The translations under genes were made by a program, and so were the position numbers. Shown here one piece after another: positions 36,281 to 44,981 of a stretch of 64,000 nucleotides of DNA; positions within the stretch are counted from its first letter, which is position 1; each line of letters starts with the position of its first letter. Below the pieces are notes generated by a model. It was not told the DNA's origin and ran no database searches. It saw nothing but the letters and a program-made list of their open reading frames with translations. The stretch spans positions 33,789-97,788 of the IMG/VR virus record IMGVR_UViG_2910170622_000001; one strand, 5' to 3'. This DNA is from a virus.

Positions 36281-37447
36281 ATGAGAACGACGTACCAGTA
36301 CCGATTGCGCCCAACAGCCCCGCAGCAAGCCGTTATGGATCAATGGCTGGAAAAATTGCGGCATCAGTACAATTGGCTGCTGTCAGAACGGTTTCAATGG
36401 TGGGAAGAGCATCGCTGTCCTGTCAATGCTTGCCCTCTCGTCTGTCATTTACCACAGCTCAAAAATCAGCCTGATTGCTATAGCCAGCAGCGCTCTTTAG
36501 TACCAATGAAGCAAGCACGTCCTTGGTACAAAGAGGTTTATGCTCAGGTGCTCCAGGATATGGTGAAGCGGGTTAAGCTGGCGTTTGACCGCTATTTGAA
36601 GGGAGACAGCAACGGCACTCGCAGCGGAAGACCTCGGTTCAAAGGTAAAGGACGTTATCGGTCGTTCACCTACCCACAAGCTTCGCTTAAATGGGTAAAC
36701 GGTAAAGCAGTCAACCTGCCCAAAATTGGCAAGGTCAAACTGATTCTGCATCGCCCATTGCCGGATGGCTTCAAGCTGAAGACCGCAACCATCATTTATA
36801 AAGCTGGTGCCTGGTATGTCAGTTTATCGCTTGAAGATAAATTAGTACCATCACTCATGTTCGATTCCCCAACCCCAGAGAATACGGTAGGAATTGACGT
36901 TGGGCTAAAGTCTTTTTTGGTGACAAGCGATGGTGAAGAGGTTATCATTCCTCAGTTTTACCGCAAAGCTGAAAAACGTCTGAAGCGTTTGCAGCGGCAG
37001 CTATCCAAGAAAAAGAAAGCCTCTAATCGCTGCAAAAAAGCAGTGAAGCGAGTTGCTAAGGTGCATCGCAAGATTACTAATCAGCGCAAAGACTTTCACT
37101 ACAAGACAGCTAAAAAACTGTTGAGTCAAGGAAAGAGTATTGGGCATGAAAGCTTGAATATCAAGGGTTTGACAAAAACCCGTATGGCAAAATCTATCAA
37201 CGATGCTGGATGGGGTCAATTCCTGCAAATCCTTTCAATCAAGGCTGAAAGAGCCGGATTGCTTACAATTGCAGTGAATCCAAACGGTACAAGTCAAGAC
37301 TGCTCAAGTTGTGGGGTTAAAGTTCTCAAAACGCTGCAAGACCGTTGGCATAACTGCTCCGAGTGCGGGTGCTCTTTAGATCGTGATCACAACGCAGCAA
37401 TTAATGTTCAAAAAAGAGCGGTGGGTCATCCCGTTCAAGCTCTCTGA
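36281..37447 (+). CDS. tnpB: TnpB RNA-guided endonuclease
   Basis: YQYRLRPT N-terminus; GIDVG / GHESL / DRDHNAA; CSSC-CSEC. Confidence 0.95.
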   Translation: MRTTYQYRLRPTAPQQAVMDQWLEKLRHQYNWLLSERFQWWEEHRCPVNACPLVCHLPQLKNQPDCYSQQRSLVPMKQARPWYKEVYAQVLQDMVKRVKLAFDRYLKGDSNGTRSGRPRFKGKGRYRSFTYPQASLKWVNGKAVNLPKIGKVKLILHRPLPDGFKLKTATIIYKAGAWYVSLSLEDKLVPSLMFDSPTPENTVGIDVGLKSFLVTSDGEEVIIPQFYRKAEKRLKRLQRQLSKKKKASNRCKKAVKRVAKVHRKITNQRKDFHYKTAKKLLSQGKSIGHESLNIKGLTKTRMAKSINDAGWGQFLQILSIKAERAGLLTIAVNPNGTSQDCSSCGVKVLKTLQDRWHNCSECGCSLDRDHNAAINVQKRAVGHPVQAL

Positions 37448-37604
37448 GGCGATCGGAAGACCGAGCCTGTGAAGAGAGAAGCCCACACTTTATGTTAATC
37501 ATAAAGCTGGGAGAATGTCACAATGAGAGCATCAGGGCTATTTCGGCACCATAAGCATCTGCGTTGCGTCTAGATTAATTGCACACGATGCCTGAATATC
37601 TCCA

Positions 37605-38129
37605 GTGCTTAGAGGCTTATTCGGTGGAAAGAAAGAAGAATATAGCGGGTCTAGTGCGTTCGGGACAGTTCTTTTTACGCCCTGGGCAGCCGAATATCGC
37701 GGCGAGATCCCTGCCACCACAGGTGTTACCCACAACCTCTTTGCCGCTGCCATCACACCAGAAGCGGCAAAAGCCTTGCTGGGAGAGGGATTTAGACCTA
37801 TTAACGGAGCAATCCCGACTCACACGATCAAGTGCACTACGGCATTGGCTCGTGACTCGTATCAGCCTAGGGCGTTGTTCGATTTATTCATTGACCTATC
37901 GGCTTTCCCAGCTAGCTGGGGGCTTTGGATCGCTGTTCAAACGTGCAAAAGATTGAAGCGTCGTTTATTCACTTGCACTGAGAAAGCGCTTTTGATTCGT
38001 TGCAAGACTGAGAATGAATTTCCGTTCTGTTGTGATGACCAAACGCTTGATATTGCTTGGCTAGATGATGGCAACCGCTGTTTGGGGTTGGCGATCGCTG
38101 AGTATAAAAAGATGACTAACACTGAATAG
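37605..38129 (+). CDS. Hypothetical protein
   Basis: 174-aa ORF directly upstream of the EAL gene. Confidence 0.55.
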   Translation: MLRGLFGGKKEEYSGSSAFGTVLFTPWAAEYRGEIPATTGVTHNLFAAAITPEAAKALLGEGFRPINGAIPTHTIKCTTALARDSYQPRALFDLFIDLSAFPASWGLWIAVQTCKRLKRRLFTCTEKALLIRCKTENEFPFCCDDQTLDIAWLDDGNRCLGLAIAEYKKMTNTE

Positions 38130-38135
38130 GACGGC

Positions 38136-38912
38136 ATGAAACTCCGCGATCGCACACTCCGCCACCGCATTGAAAGCGCTCTAGACCAGGGGCGTATCAT
38201 CTTTCACTGCCAACCGATTAAGTTGCTTGCAGGCGGCACTGACGCTGACCCCCCGTTAATGTTTGAGTTGTTGGCTCGACTGCATGAACCGGACGATCGC
38301 GGCTTCTTGCAAATCGTGCCTGCCATGCAATGGATCGATGGACTGGTCGAGCATCCTGACTTGTTGAAGCGGATTGATCGGGCAAGTATCTTGCACGCGA
38401 TCGCGCATCAGGATAACGCTGTTCATGCGGTGAACCTATCGGCAGAAACGCTGAACGACTACGGGCTGCTAGGTTTCATCGCTGACCATATGGCAGACAA
38501 GAGCGTGGATCGAGAGCGCATCCATTTCGAAGTCACAGAATCATCCGCATTGCAGCCACCATCGCTGTTAGTGTTTGACCAGATGCGCGGCTTTGGTTTT
38601 CACTGGATTGGCTTGGATGACTTTGGGCAGAAGCAAAACGGCTTCAGTGCGCTTGATATAGTCAAACCAAAGTTCCTGAAGATTGATGGGGCTTACTGTA
38701 AAACACTATTGGCTTCTGAGGTGAGCGTGGCGATCGTCATGGGCACTCTGGTCATTGCTCAAAGACTCAAGATCGTTTGCATTGCGGAGATGATTGAGAA
38801 TCAGGCGATCGAGCAACGGCTCAGGGAGATCCATCAGGAGGTAGCACCATACGCCACGCTGTACGGGCAGGGGCATGAATATGGGCGACCTGTGCCGTGT
38901 AGCCATCAATAG
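38136..38912 (+). CDS. Stand-alone EAL-domain (c-di-GMP phosphodiesterase-like) protein
   Basis: FHCQP, ELLAR, VNLS, FEVTE, LDDFG, LKIDG, IAEMIE and QG motifs in canonical order. Confidence 0.88.
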   Translation: MKLRDRTLRHRIESALDQGRIIFHCQPIKLLAGGTDADPPLMFELLARLHEPDDRGFLQIVPAMQWIDGLVEHPDLLKRIDRASILHAIAHQDNAVHAVNLSAETLNDYGLLGFIADHMADKSVDRERIHFEVTESSALQPPSLLVFDQMRGFGFHWIGLDDFGQKQNGFSALDIVKPKFLKIDGAYCKTLLASEVSVAIVMGTLVIAQRLKIVCIAEMIENQAIEQRLREIHQEVAPYATLYGQGHEYGRPVPCSHQ

Positions 38913-38925
38913 AATTTTCAGGTAA

Positions 38926-39183
38926 CTAGTAATGGCTAATTTTCTCTTTGCAAATGCCTATGTTACACCTCAACCCAATATCAAGAGAGCCGCAGTTGGG
39001 GCAGTGCCCTCTATCACCAGCATTGATTAAGTTCAAATTCCACCAAGAAGAAAAGCTGCTATTTATGTTTTCTCTCCCTATCTCTCGATAGGTGCCATCC
39101 ATTAATTGAACTTCCAGAACAACTTGGGCGGTCTGATTGTTTTCCCCGCCTTCTCGTCTGATACCAACAGCTTTAATATCCAC
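38926..39183 (-). CDS. Hypothetical protein with C-terminal CxxC motif
   Basis: 85-aa ORF with CPNC...C. Confidence 0.5.
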   Translation of the reverse strand: MDIKAVGIRREGGENNQTAQVVLEVQLMDGTYREIGRENINSSFSSWWNLNLINAGDRGHCPNCGSLDIGLRCNIGICKEKISHY

Positions 39184-39552
39184 GTTTTACCTTTAGTTTG
39201 TTGTCAACCGTTAACGTCAATCCTGTGCTTTGAATTACTTGTAAGGTCTGACCACCTACATTAATTTCAGTGCCGGGAGCAATACTTATAAAACAGTGTC
39301 ATTCCTTGCGTAAAAAATCCAGAAGGATCACTGCATACCCTGTGCCATAGCCAAGATCAATTGCAAGTCCTTGAGAAATCGGGGTGTTAAGCTTGACGAC
39401 AAAGCGATCAGTTAACGCAAGGGAAGCAGGCGATCGTTGATGCACGTGACTTTGAATGGTTAAGTCAGTGGAAGTGGTACTACAAGTCAGGTGGTTATAA
39501 TGGTTACGCTTCAAGAGCAGACTCGTCGGCAGGTGCGCCAGTTCACGTATCA

Positions 39553-40101
39553 ATGCATCGAGAGATCTTTAAGTGGCACTCCTCTGAAGTCGACATTTCG
39601 GAACTGGAAATAGATCATCGAAATAGAATCAAACTTGATAACAGATTTGAAAACCTGCGGCTTGCAACTCAGCAACAAAACAGGGTAAATAGAGGACCTA
39701 GCATCCTGAACAAAAGTGGCTACAAAGGAGTTGATTACGATCCCAAGGCTCAAGCTTGGAGAGCGCAAATCACGGTAAACGGTAAAAAAACGGGGCTTGG
39801 TGGCTACGCTACGCCAGAAGAAGCCGCTCAGGTTTATAACGACGCTGCTTTTCAGGCTTTCGGAGAATTTGCTTATTTGAACTACTTACCTGAACGTGTC
39901 ATACCTGTGAGGTTTATTAGAGATTCTAATGCTCCTAGAAGAAGTTTCAAAGGAAGATGCCTTTGTAAAAGAAGTGGGAAATGGCGGGCATACGGGAAGG
40001 CGGATGGAAAAATAGTTTTCTTAGGTCGATTTGATACCGAGGCGGAGGCTATTGAAAAACACATTGCTTTCCAAAACTCTTTGCTACAAAAACAAAATTA
40101 A
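39553..40101 (+). CDS. HNH-AP2 homing endonuclease (reading frame extends 5' to 39397 without a start codon)
   Basis: IDHRNRIKLDNRFENLRLAT (HNH), SGYKGV...WRAQITVNGKKTGLG (AP2) and a second AP2-like repeat. Confidence 0.88.
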   Translation: MHREIFKWHSSEVDISELEIDHRNRIKLDNRFENLRLATQQQNRVNRGPSILNKSGYKGVDYDPKAQAWRAQITVNGKKTGLGGYATPEEAAQVYNDAAFQAFGEFAYLNYLPERVIPVRFIRDSNAPRRSFKGRCLCKRSGKWRAYGKADGKIVFLGRFDTEAEAIEKHIAFQNSLLQKQN

Positions 40102-40564
40102 GTCAGATGACGGCTTAACCTTGATAGAACTCCTGGTTGCGATCGGAGTTCTATCAATTCTCGCAGCATTGGCGTTGCCTGCCTATCTAAATCAAATTCG
40201 TAAGGCTCAACGGGTCCAGGCGTTAACTGATATTGAAGCAATGAAGCCTGAAATTATTGGGTATCGACAGAAGAACGGGCGGTTCCCTCCTGATGTGCAG
40301 CCCAATGTCAAACCCGATGAAGTGCCAAGCTTCAAGCTGCCGCCAGATTCGGCATGGGGCAAGTCGATCGATTACAACAGCCATTGTCTATCAACACCAG
40401 ACGGGAAGATTGCGAGAGTTGTACGGATCAACTCCTTCGGACCAGATGGCATACGGCAACATAACCATGACTACTACGACATCAAAGATCGAAACAATGG
40501 CGATGATGTGGTTGTAACGATCGCCGTGGTTTTACCAGAGGAGAGTGAGCAGTGTCCACCATAA
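40064..40564 (+). CDS. Type IV pilin / GspG-like pseudopilin (start uncertain)
   Basis: Class III signal G|LTLIELLVAIGVLSILAALALP with Glu+5; WGKSIDY and NSFGPDG resemble GspG motifs. Confidence 0.85.
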   Translation: MLSKTLCYKNKIKSDDGLTLIELLVAIGVLSILAALALPAYLNQIRKAQRVQALTDIEAMKPEIIGYRQKNGRFPPDVQPNVKPDEVPSFKLPPDSAWGKSIDYNSHCLSTPDGKIARVVRINSFGPDGIRQHNHDYYDIKDRNNGDDVVVTIAVVLPEESEQCPP

Positions 40565-40574
40565 AAAAGAAGTC

Positions 40575-40781
40575 ATGCCTGAGTTAACGCCTGAGGAGTT
40601 GCATGAATTGAGTTTCATCCTGAGCCAAATGACTAGGGATGAAATACGGCAGATCTATTTGTCGGTGAATATGCCCGCATCTAAAACTGATGCCGCGATC
40701 GCTGCCGCCTTCTCGGTCAGAGACAAAATAGTGAAAGTGTTCAAAGAGACGCTAGGCAAAAGTGAGCAGTGCCTACCGTAG
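40575..40781 (+). CDS. Hypothetical protein
   Basis: ATG after AAGAAG; bracketed by an imperfect 21-bp repeat. Confidence 0.5.
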   Translation: MPELTPEELHELSFILSQMTRDEIRQIYLSVNMPASKTDAAIAAAFSVRDKIVKVFKETLGKSEQCLP

Positions 40782-40871
40782 CTTACAGGCTAAAATTGAA
40801 GGGCATCAAGCATTCCATCTAAGGGTCAGCATCTACACGATCGAGTTGGAGAGTACACGCCACCCAAAACG

Positions 40872-41153
40872 ATGGCACACAAGTTTTTCCCAGGGCAACC
40901 AGTACGCCCAATTAATACTTACGGACTGCCACCAGGCTCAGGTTGGTACACTGACGATTGGCGCTTTCGCGTCTCGTTCGACTCTGAAGCTCCTGGTGGT
41001 TTTGCTATTCGTCCATCACGCAGCTTTAGCCAGAAGCTTGTTGTTCACTTGCAGGTCTGCCAGTACGAAGATTATGGCAATGGTGATTTGAAAGTGCAAA
41101 AGCAGTTTCAATGCTGGCAGTGGGTGGAAGATTTTAAGAATGTAGATCGGTAG
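40872..41153 (+). CDS. Hypothetical protein
   Basis: 93-aa ORF ending at a bidirectional hairpin. Confidence 0.5.
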   Translation: MAHKFFPGQPVRPINTYGLPPGSGWYTDDWRFRVSFDSEAPGGFAIRPSRSFSQKLVVHLQVCQYEDYGNGDLKVQKQFQCWQWVEDFKNVDR

Positions 41154-41162
41154 ACATGAAAA

Positions 41163-41183
41163 AGCCGACCTGTGCGATCGGCT
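41163..41183. terminator. Hairpin between convergent genes
   Basis: AGCCGA-cctgtgcga-TCGGCT with an upstream A-run. Confidence 0.45.
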
Positions 41184-41187
41184 GAGT

Positions 41188-41676
41188 CTAACGATATTTT
41201 GTAGCGGGTCGATGACTGCGGCAGTAGCCTGTTAAACTGCGAGTCGTTTTATCACAGCCCGGTTGCTTGCAGATGGCAGGAGAGCGATCGCGCCACTTGT
41301 GCGGGTCAACAGGGTCAGTCCATTCTAAAAACTCGACCATGCATGGCAACACTGAACCATCCAACGCTTTTGAATAATGCTCCCCTTGTAGCATTAGGTT
41401 TGACATCACAGGAGCACTGCTATCGACCCATGAGATAGTGATGTGTGGATGCAAGTTGTTACAAGGTAGCCAGCTTTGCAGCACGACTGACACTGTTTGT
41501 ACTTCATCATTCCAGCATTCTTCTAAAATGCCGACACTGGCAGATAGCCCAATAATATTTTCGTAGTCTTTACGTTCAACACCATACGCTAAAGTGACGT
41601 GTTGACGTTGAGTATTAGGGTAAATGGCTGACACCGCGATCGGCGTGATGGGCACCAGCCAGAGAATGCCTGTCAT
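41188..41676 (-). CDS. 2H phosphoesterase with C-terminal zinc finger
   Basis: Two HxT motifs (QHVTLAYG, HPHITISW); C-terminal CKQPGC...YCRSH; ATGA coupling at 41676. Confidence 0.75.
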   Translation of the reverse strand: MTGILWLVPITPIAVSAIYPNTQRQHVTLAYGVERKDYENIIGLSASVGILEECWNDEVQTVSVVLQSWLPCNNLHPHITISWVDSSAPVMSNLMLQGEHYSKALDGSVLPCMVEFLEWTDPVDPHKWRDRSPAICKQPGCDKTTRSLTGYCRSHRPATKYR

Positions 41677-42065
41677 AGATTGAATAACTCTGTCAGTTCT
41701 GCGGCAACCTTGTAACTTCCAGCAGTAGCCAACCGAAGCCGATAAAAGTCTCTTCCATCTCGCGTCATTCCTTGCCAAGGGGTAACAGTAATAACGTGAT
41801 GAGTCACACCGTTATCTTTAGCAGTACGACTGCGATCGCCTCTGATTAAACGCTTAAACGCTGTATAAGGTGAGCCTAATTTTTGCAAGACCGGACTGTC
41901 GTAAAACTCAGCAATCTCGGCAAGAGTGGCATACATAGACTCTTTTGATGGGCACGTAATTGTTCCAGGTATGTCAACGGATAAAGCAGACTCTACTAAA
42001 TGATGACCTTTGAAAGGGGCTTCCATTTGCTTTGCAAGCAGTAAAAGTGTTTTGCTTGCCTCCAT
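41673..42065 (-). CDS. Hypothetical protein
   Basis: 130-aa ORF coupled to the 2H gene. Confidence 0.55.
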   Translation of the reverse strand: MEASKTLLLLAKQMEAPFKGHHLVESALSVDIPGTITCPSKESMYATLAEIAEFYDSPVLQKLGSPYTAFKRLIRGDRSRTAKDNGVTHHVITVTPWQGMTRDGRDFYRLRLATAGSYKVAAELTELFNL

Positions 42066-42545
42066 ACTTATAAGATTACTCCCGTTTTACTCCCGATGTC
42101 AAGCAAGTGGGTGTGAGATTTTTTTTGTAGTACTCGCGTATCAGCAATTCCACTGCCCTCTAAACTCCCGTAGTCTCTATCTGATGGATGCCCTACCTCC
42201 CAAGGCATAGTGGGGCTATCAGTTGAGGGCGCGGCAGTGGGTAAAGCATTTTTGGCATTGGCATTAGTAGGGGTGATAGTACTTGAGGCAGAGCGATCGA
42301 GCATACCAGGAAGGCGCACGGGGGGTGGGACCAGGGTGCACGCGGTAGAGGTGCAACATGGTTACTAGCATGGACTACATCGCCCTAGACCCGATCGGCG
42401 TGTACTGGCTAGGCATCAACGGGATAGTGGCGGTGGATGATGATGCCGTGCCCTATCCGAGTGCTGGCGAGGTGGCGCTGATACTGGAAAAGCCGATCGG
42501 CGTGAGTGGCGCGATCGGCTAGGTGGGTTGGGTTGTGGTTTGTCT

Positions 42546-42992
42546 TCATCTAAGAACAAGAACAACAATCAGCATCCCTGCTGCCATGCCTAACTCTCCA
42601 GCACCCAGATAGCCAGCAAGCGCGAAGAGAAAGACCATTACTGCATACTTGGCAGGCACAGGTAAGCGACAGTAAGAATGGAAAAGCGACTGTGATCGAT
42701 TGGGGTAATAGTCTTGCTCGCTAGGGCGTTTATAGCCAGACAAGATGCCGTGAACAATATGCTTGTGTGCGAATGGGCTGAGACAAAGCACATCCCACCA
42801 ATATTTCTCATTGCCTAAATTGGCGTATGAAACGTGATGGCAACGATAGTGAGCACCCTTGCCGACCTTGCACCACGGAAAAGCACTGCACTGATAGTTG
42901 GCTGCTGCTAGGAAACCAGGATGCTTCGATCGCCACTCCTCCGAATTAATGTACTGATGGTAGTCAATCTTCCCCCTGCTCAAAGCACTCAT
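42546..42992 (-). CDS. HNH-like nuclease with C-terminal TM segment
   Basis: YHQYINSEEWR...YQC...CHHVSY..LGNE...LCLSPFAH; hydrophobic tail. Confidence 0.65.
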   Translation of the reverse strand: MSALSRGKIDYHQYINSEEWRSKHPGFLAAANYQCSAFPWCKVGKGAHYRCHHVSYANLGNEKYWWDVLCLSPFAHKHIVHGILSGYKRPSEQDYYPNRSQSLFHSYCRLPVPAKYAVMVFLFALAGYLGAGELGMAAGMLIVVLVLR

Positions 42993-43231
42993 ACTCTTGC
43001 CTCTTGCCGGATTTTCATGCTGCCAACAACCGTGAAGCCTTCAACCCCTAGCCATTCAACGATCGTGTCTTCCTGCACCATATTCAAACCACCTGTGCAG
43101 TCCAATTCATGAAGCGGGAAGATGTCGGCGTGGCTAGCAATGCGCCAAAGGCAGTTGACCTTCCCTTGTGGAGAGGCTTTTTGATATTTGACAAGCTGTC
43201 CGTTAATGTAGTTGCGATCGTATGTCTGCAT
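42989..43231 (-). CDS. Hypothetical protein
   Basis: ATGA-coupled. Confidence 0.5.
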   Translation of the reverse strand: MQTYDRNYINGQLVKYQKASPQGKVNCLWRIASHADIFPLHELDCTGGLNMVQEDTIVEWLGVEGFTVVGSMKIRQEARV

Positions 43232-43276
43232 GATTTAAGCCTCAATATGATTAGAACTGATTAACTGAAAAACCTT

Positions 43277-44977
43277 TCACACCTTTGCTTCAACCTTTGC
43301 CGTCTGCTTCATCCCTAGCAGCACATCGCTAGCCCCTGCATCACGCAAATAGAAATGATCGGGCTGGCTTTGGGCATAAGCTTTCAAGACCAGAATGGGA
43401 TCAAACTGGGCGCAGTAGGGGCGCAACTCAGCCGCAGTGATAAAGCCTCGACCCTTCAAAGCAGCAAAAACAATTTTGTCGATCGCTGCCTTTAAGTCTT
43501 GCGCTTTGCTGCCTGACTGCTTTGCCTCTGATGGTTTTGCAGTTTGCAGTTCGTGCCGTGTCTGCGGTAGCCAGCGCCCATCAAAGAACACAATGCGATC
43601 GCTCATGGTAGACGGAGGAAAGTACAAAGCTGGAAAGTTCAGCTTTGCAGCTTGATAAAGCCCTTCATCCCAAGTGGTAGAGTGCCCTCTTGACTTCACT
43701 GCTGACATCGGAGCGATCGCGCAGCAGACTGGCTTTAGCTTCTTGATGGCTCGACCAATATCACCCATGTCACCGATCGCGCCTTGTGGAGTGCCAACCC
43801 ACACGAACCAACCACGTTTTGCGCCACCGCTACAGACAACCCGCAAAATATCAGTGATCTCTTTTTGCAAGGCGTATTGCACCGTATGCTCTCCAGACCG
43901 AGCCAATACAGCAGCTTGAAAAGCAATCTCATCCAGAATCAATAAACCTGGATTCTCTGAGTTGGCAGCATTCTTGAAGTCTTGGATCGCTTTCAGTTGC
44001 TTGGCTAGTGCTAACTCGCGATCGCGATCATCCATTGGTGCCAGGTCGAAAAACAATTGATTGACGCAGTGCTGCCAATAAATGGGATCTTCGTTCGCTT
44101 TTGCCAGCCCTGACAACACTGTGACGTGCTTATACTTGCCTTGCTCTAGACCACGTTGAGAAGTAATCGCCATCAGTCGCGACTTGCCAACACCTTGACC
44201 GCCTAGAAAGACCAAGCTATTGCCTTGATCAATAATAAAGTCGGTAATGTCGGGCGCTTGGGTGGCAGGCTTTGTTGGTGCTGGCTCGGTCAAAGCTTGA
44301 GGTGCAACAGGTTGAGGCTGTACGCCGCCAACTGTGGGATCTGCTTGAGAGTCAACCGCAATCGCGTTTAACCGTGTCTCCACGCCAACATTTTGAGAGG
44401 CTGTAACTCCAAGCTTTTGCCGTGCCATGCTGACATAGGTTTTCTGCATCTCGTTGAGCAAGTGCCCGTCAGCGATCGCTGCTTCAAAGGCTTCAAGTAC
44501 AGCTTTTATGCCGTGCCTGCGCGTCTGGTCAATGAGTTCACCCTGAGACAGCGCTAACACGTCATGCGGGCAATCAGCCTCAAGTGCTGCCAGTAATTGC
44601 CGCTGCTTGCGAGGGAGATTGATATGCTGCCGTTCTGCCCATTGCAATTCAGCACGGACACGATCGCTGCCTACTTCCTGCAAGTACTGGTCTAACTGTT
44701 GGGGCTTAAGAGCCGCACTGAGGGCGTTACCGTTAATTGCTTCTGCTCTATCCTCTTCCTTGCTATCAACTCTGGTGTAGATAAAAAAGCCAACCCCTAG
44801 AGCAGCGATCGCGCCAATGGGGTTAGCGGTGAGCAGCCAAACAGCACCAGCAAAGCCAAACGCTGCCAAGGCTGTTTGCCCTGAAGCCTCACTTTCATCT
44901 TTTAGTTGCAGCTTTTCACTGACTCGTACAGGCGCTAGTCTTGACGCACCCTGTAGCACGATCGCTTTATCTTCCAT
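43277..44977 (-). CDS. Membrane-anchored P-loop ATPase (FtsK/HerA/VirD4-like)
   Basis: N-terminal TM pair, Walker A FLGGQGVGKS, Walker B LLILDE. Confidence 0.75.
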   Translation of the reverse strand: MEDKAIVLQGASRLAPVRVSEKLQLKDESEASGQTALAAFGFAGAVWLLTANPIGAIAALGVGFFIYTRVDSKEEDRAEAINGNALSAALKPQQLDQYLQEVGSDRVRAELQWAERQHINLPRKQRQLLAALEADCPHDVLALSQGELIDQTRRHGIKAVLEAFEAAIADGHLLNEMQKTYVSMARQKLGVTASQNVGVETRLNAIAVDSQADPTVGGVQPQPVAPQALTEPAPTKPATQAPDITDFIIDQGNSLVFLGGQGVGKSRLMAITSQRGLEQGKYKHVTVLSGLAKANEDPIYWQHCVNQLFFDLAPMDDRDRELALAKQLKAIQDFKNAANSENPGLLILDEIAFQAAVLARSGEHTVQYALQKEITDILRVVCSGGAKRGWFVWVGTPQGAIGDMGDIGRAIKKLKPVCCAIAPMSAVKSRGHSTTWDEGLYQAAKLNFPALYFPPSTMSDRIVFFDGRWLPQTRHELQTAKPSEAKQSGSKAQDLKAAIDKIVFAALKGRGFITAAELRPYCAQFDPILVLKAYAQSQPDHFYLRDAGASDVLLGMKQTAKVEAKV

Positions 44978-44981
44978 TGCC

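Larger units (their letters stand above)
36030..37520 (+). mobile_element. IS200/IS605-type element with tnpB and a divergent RHH gene, no tnpA (left end uncertain, 36025-36101)
   Basis: RE: GAAG guide, hairpin CCCAC-CTTTATG/CATAAAG-CTGGG, terminal TCAC at 37517-37520. Confidence 0.7.

Noticed and set aside
17648-37447. Nuclease-dead TnpB (TldR-like) or IStron
   Set aside because: Both TnpBs keep the RuvC D-E-D residues, and no group I intron core is visible at the left ends.
42310-42350. G-rich tract next to an HNH gene as a cos/packaging site
   Set aside because: No terminase nearby and no recognisable cos symmetry; insufficient support.
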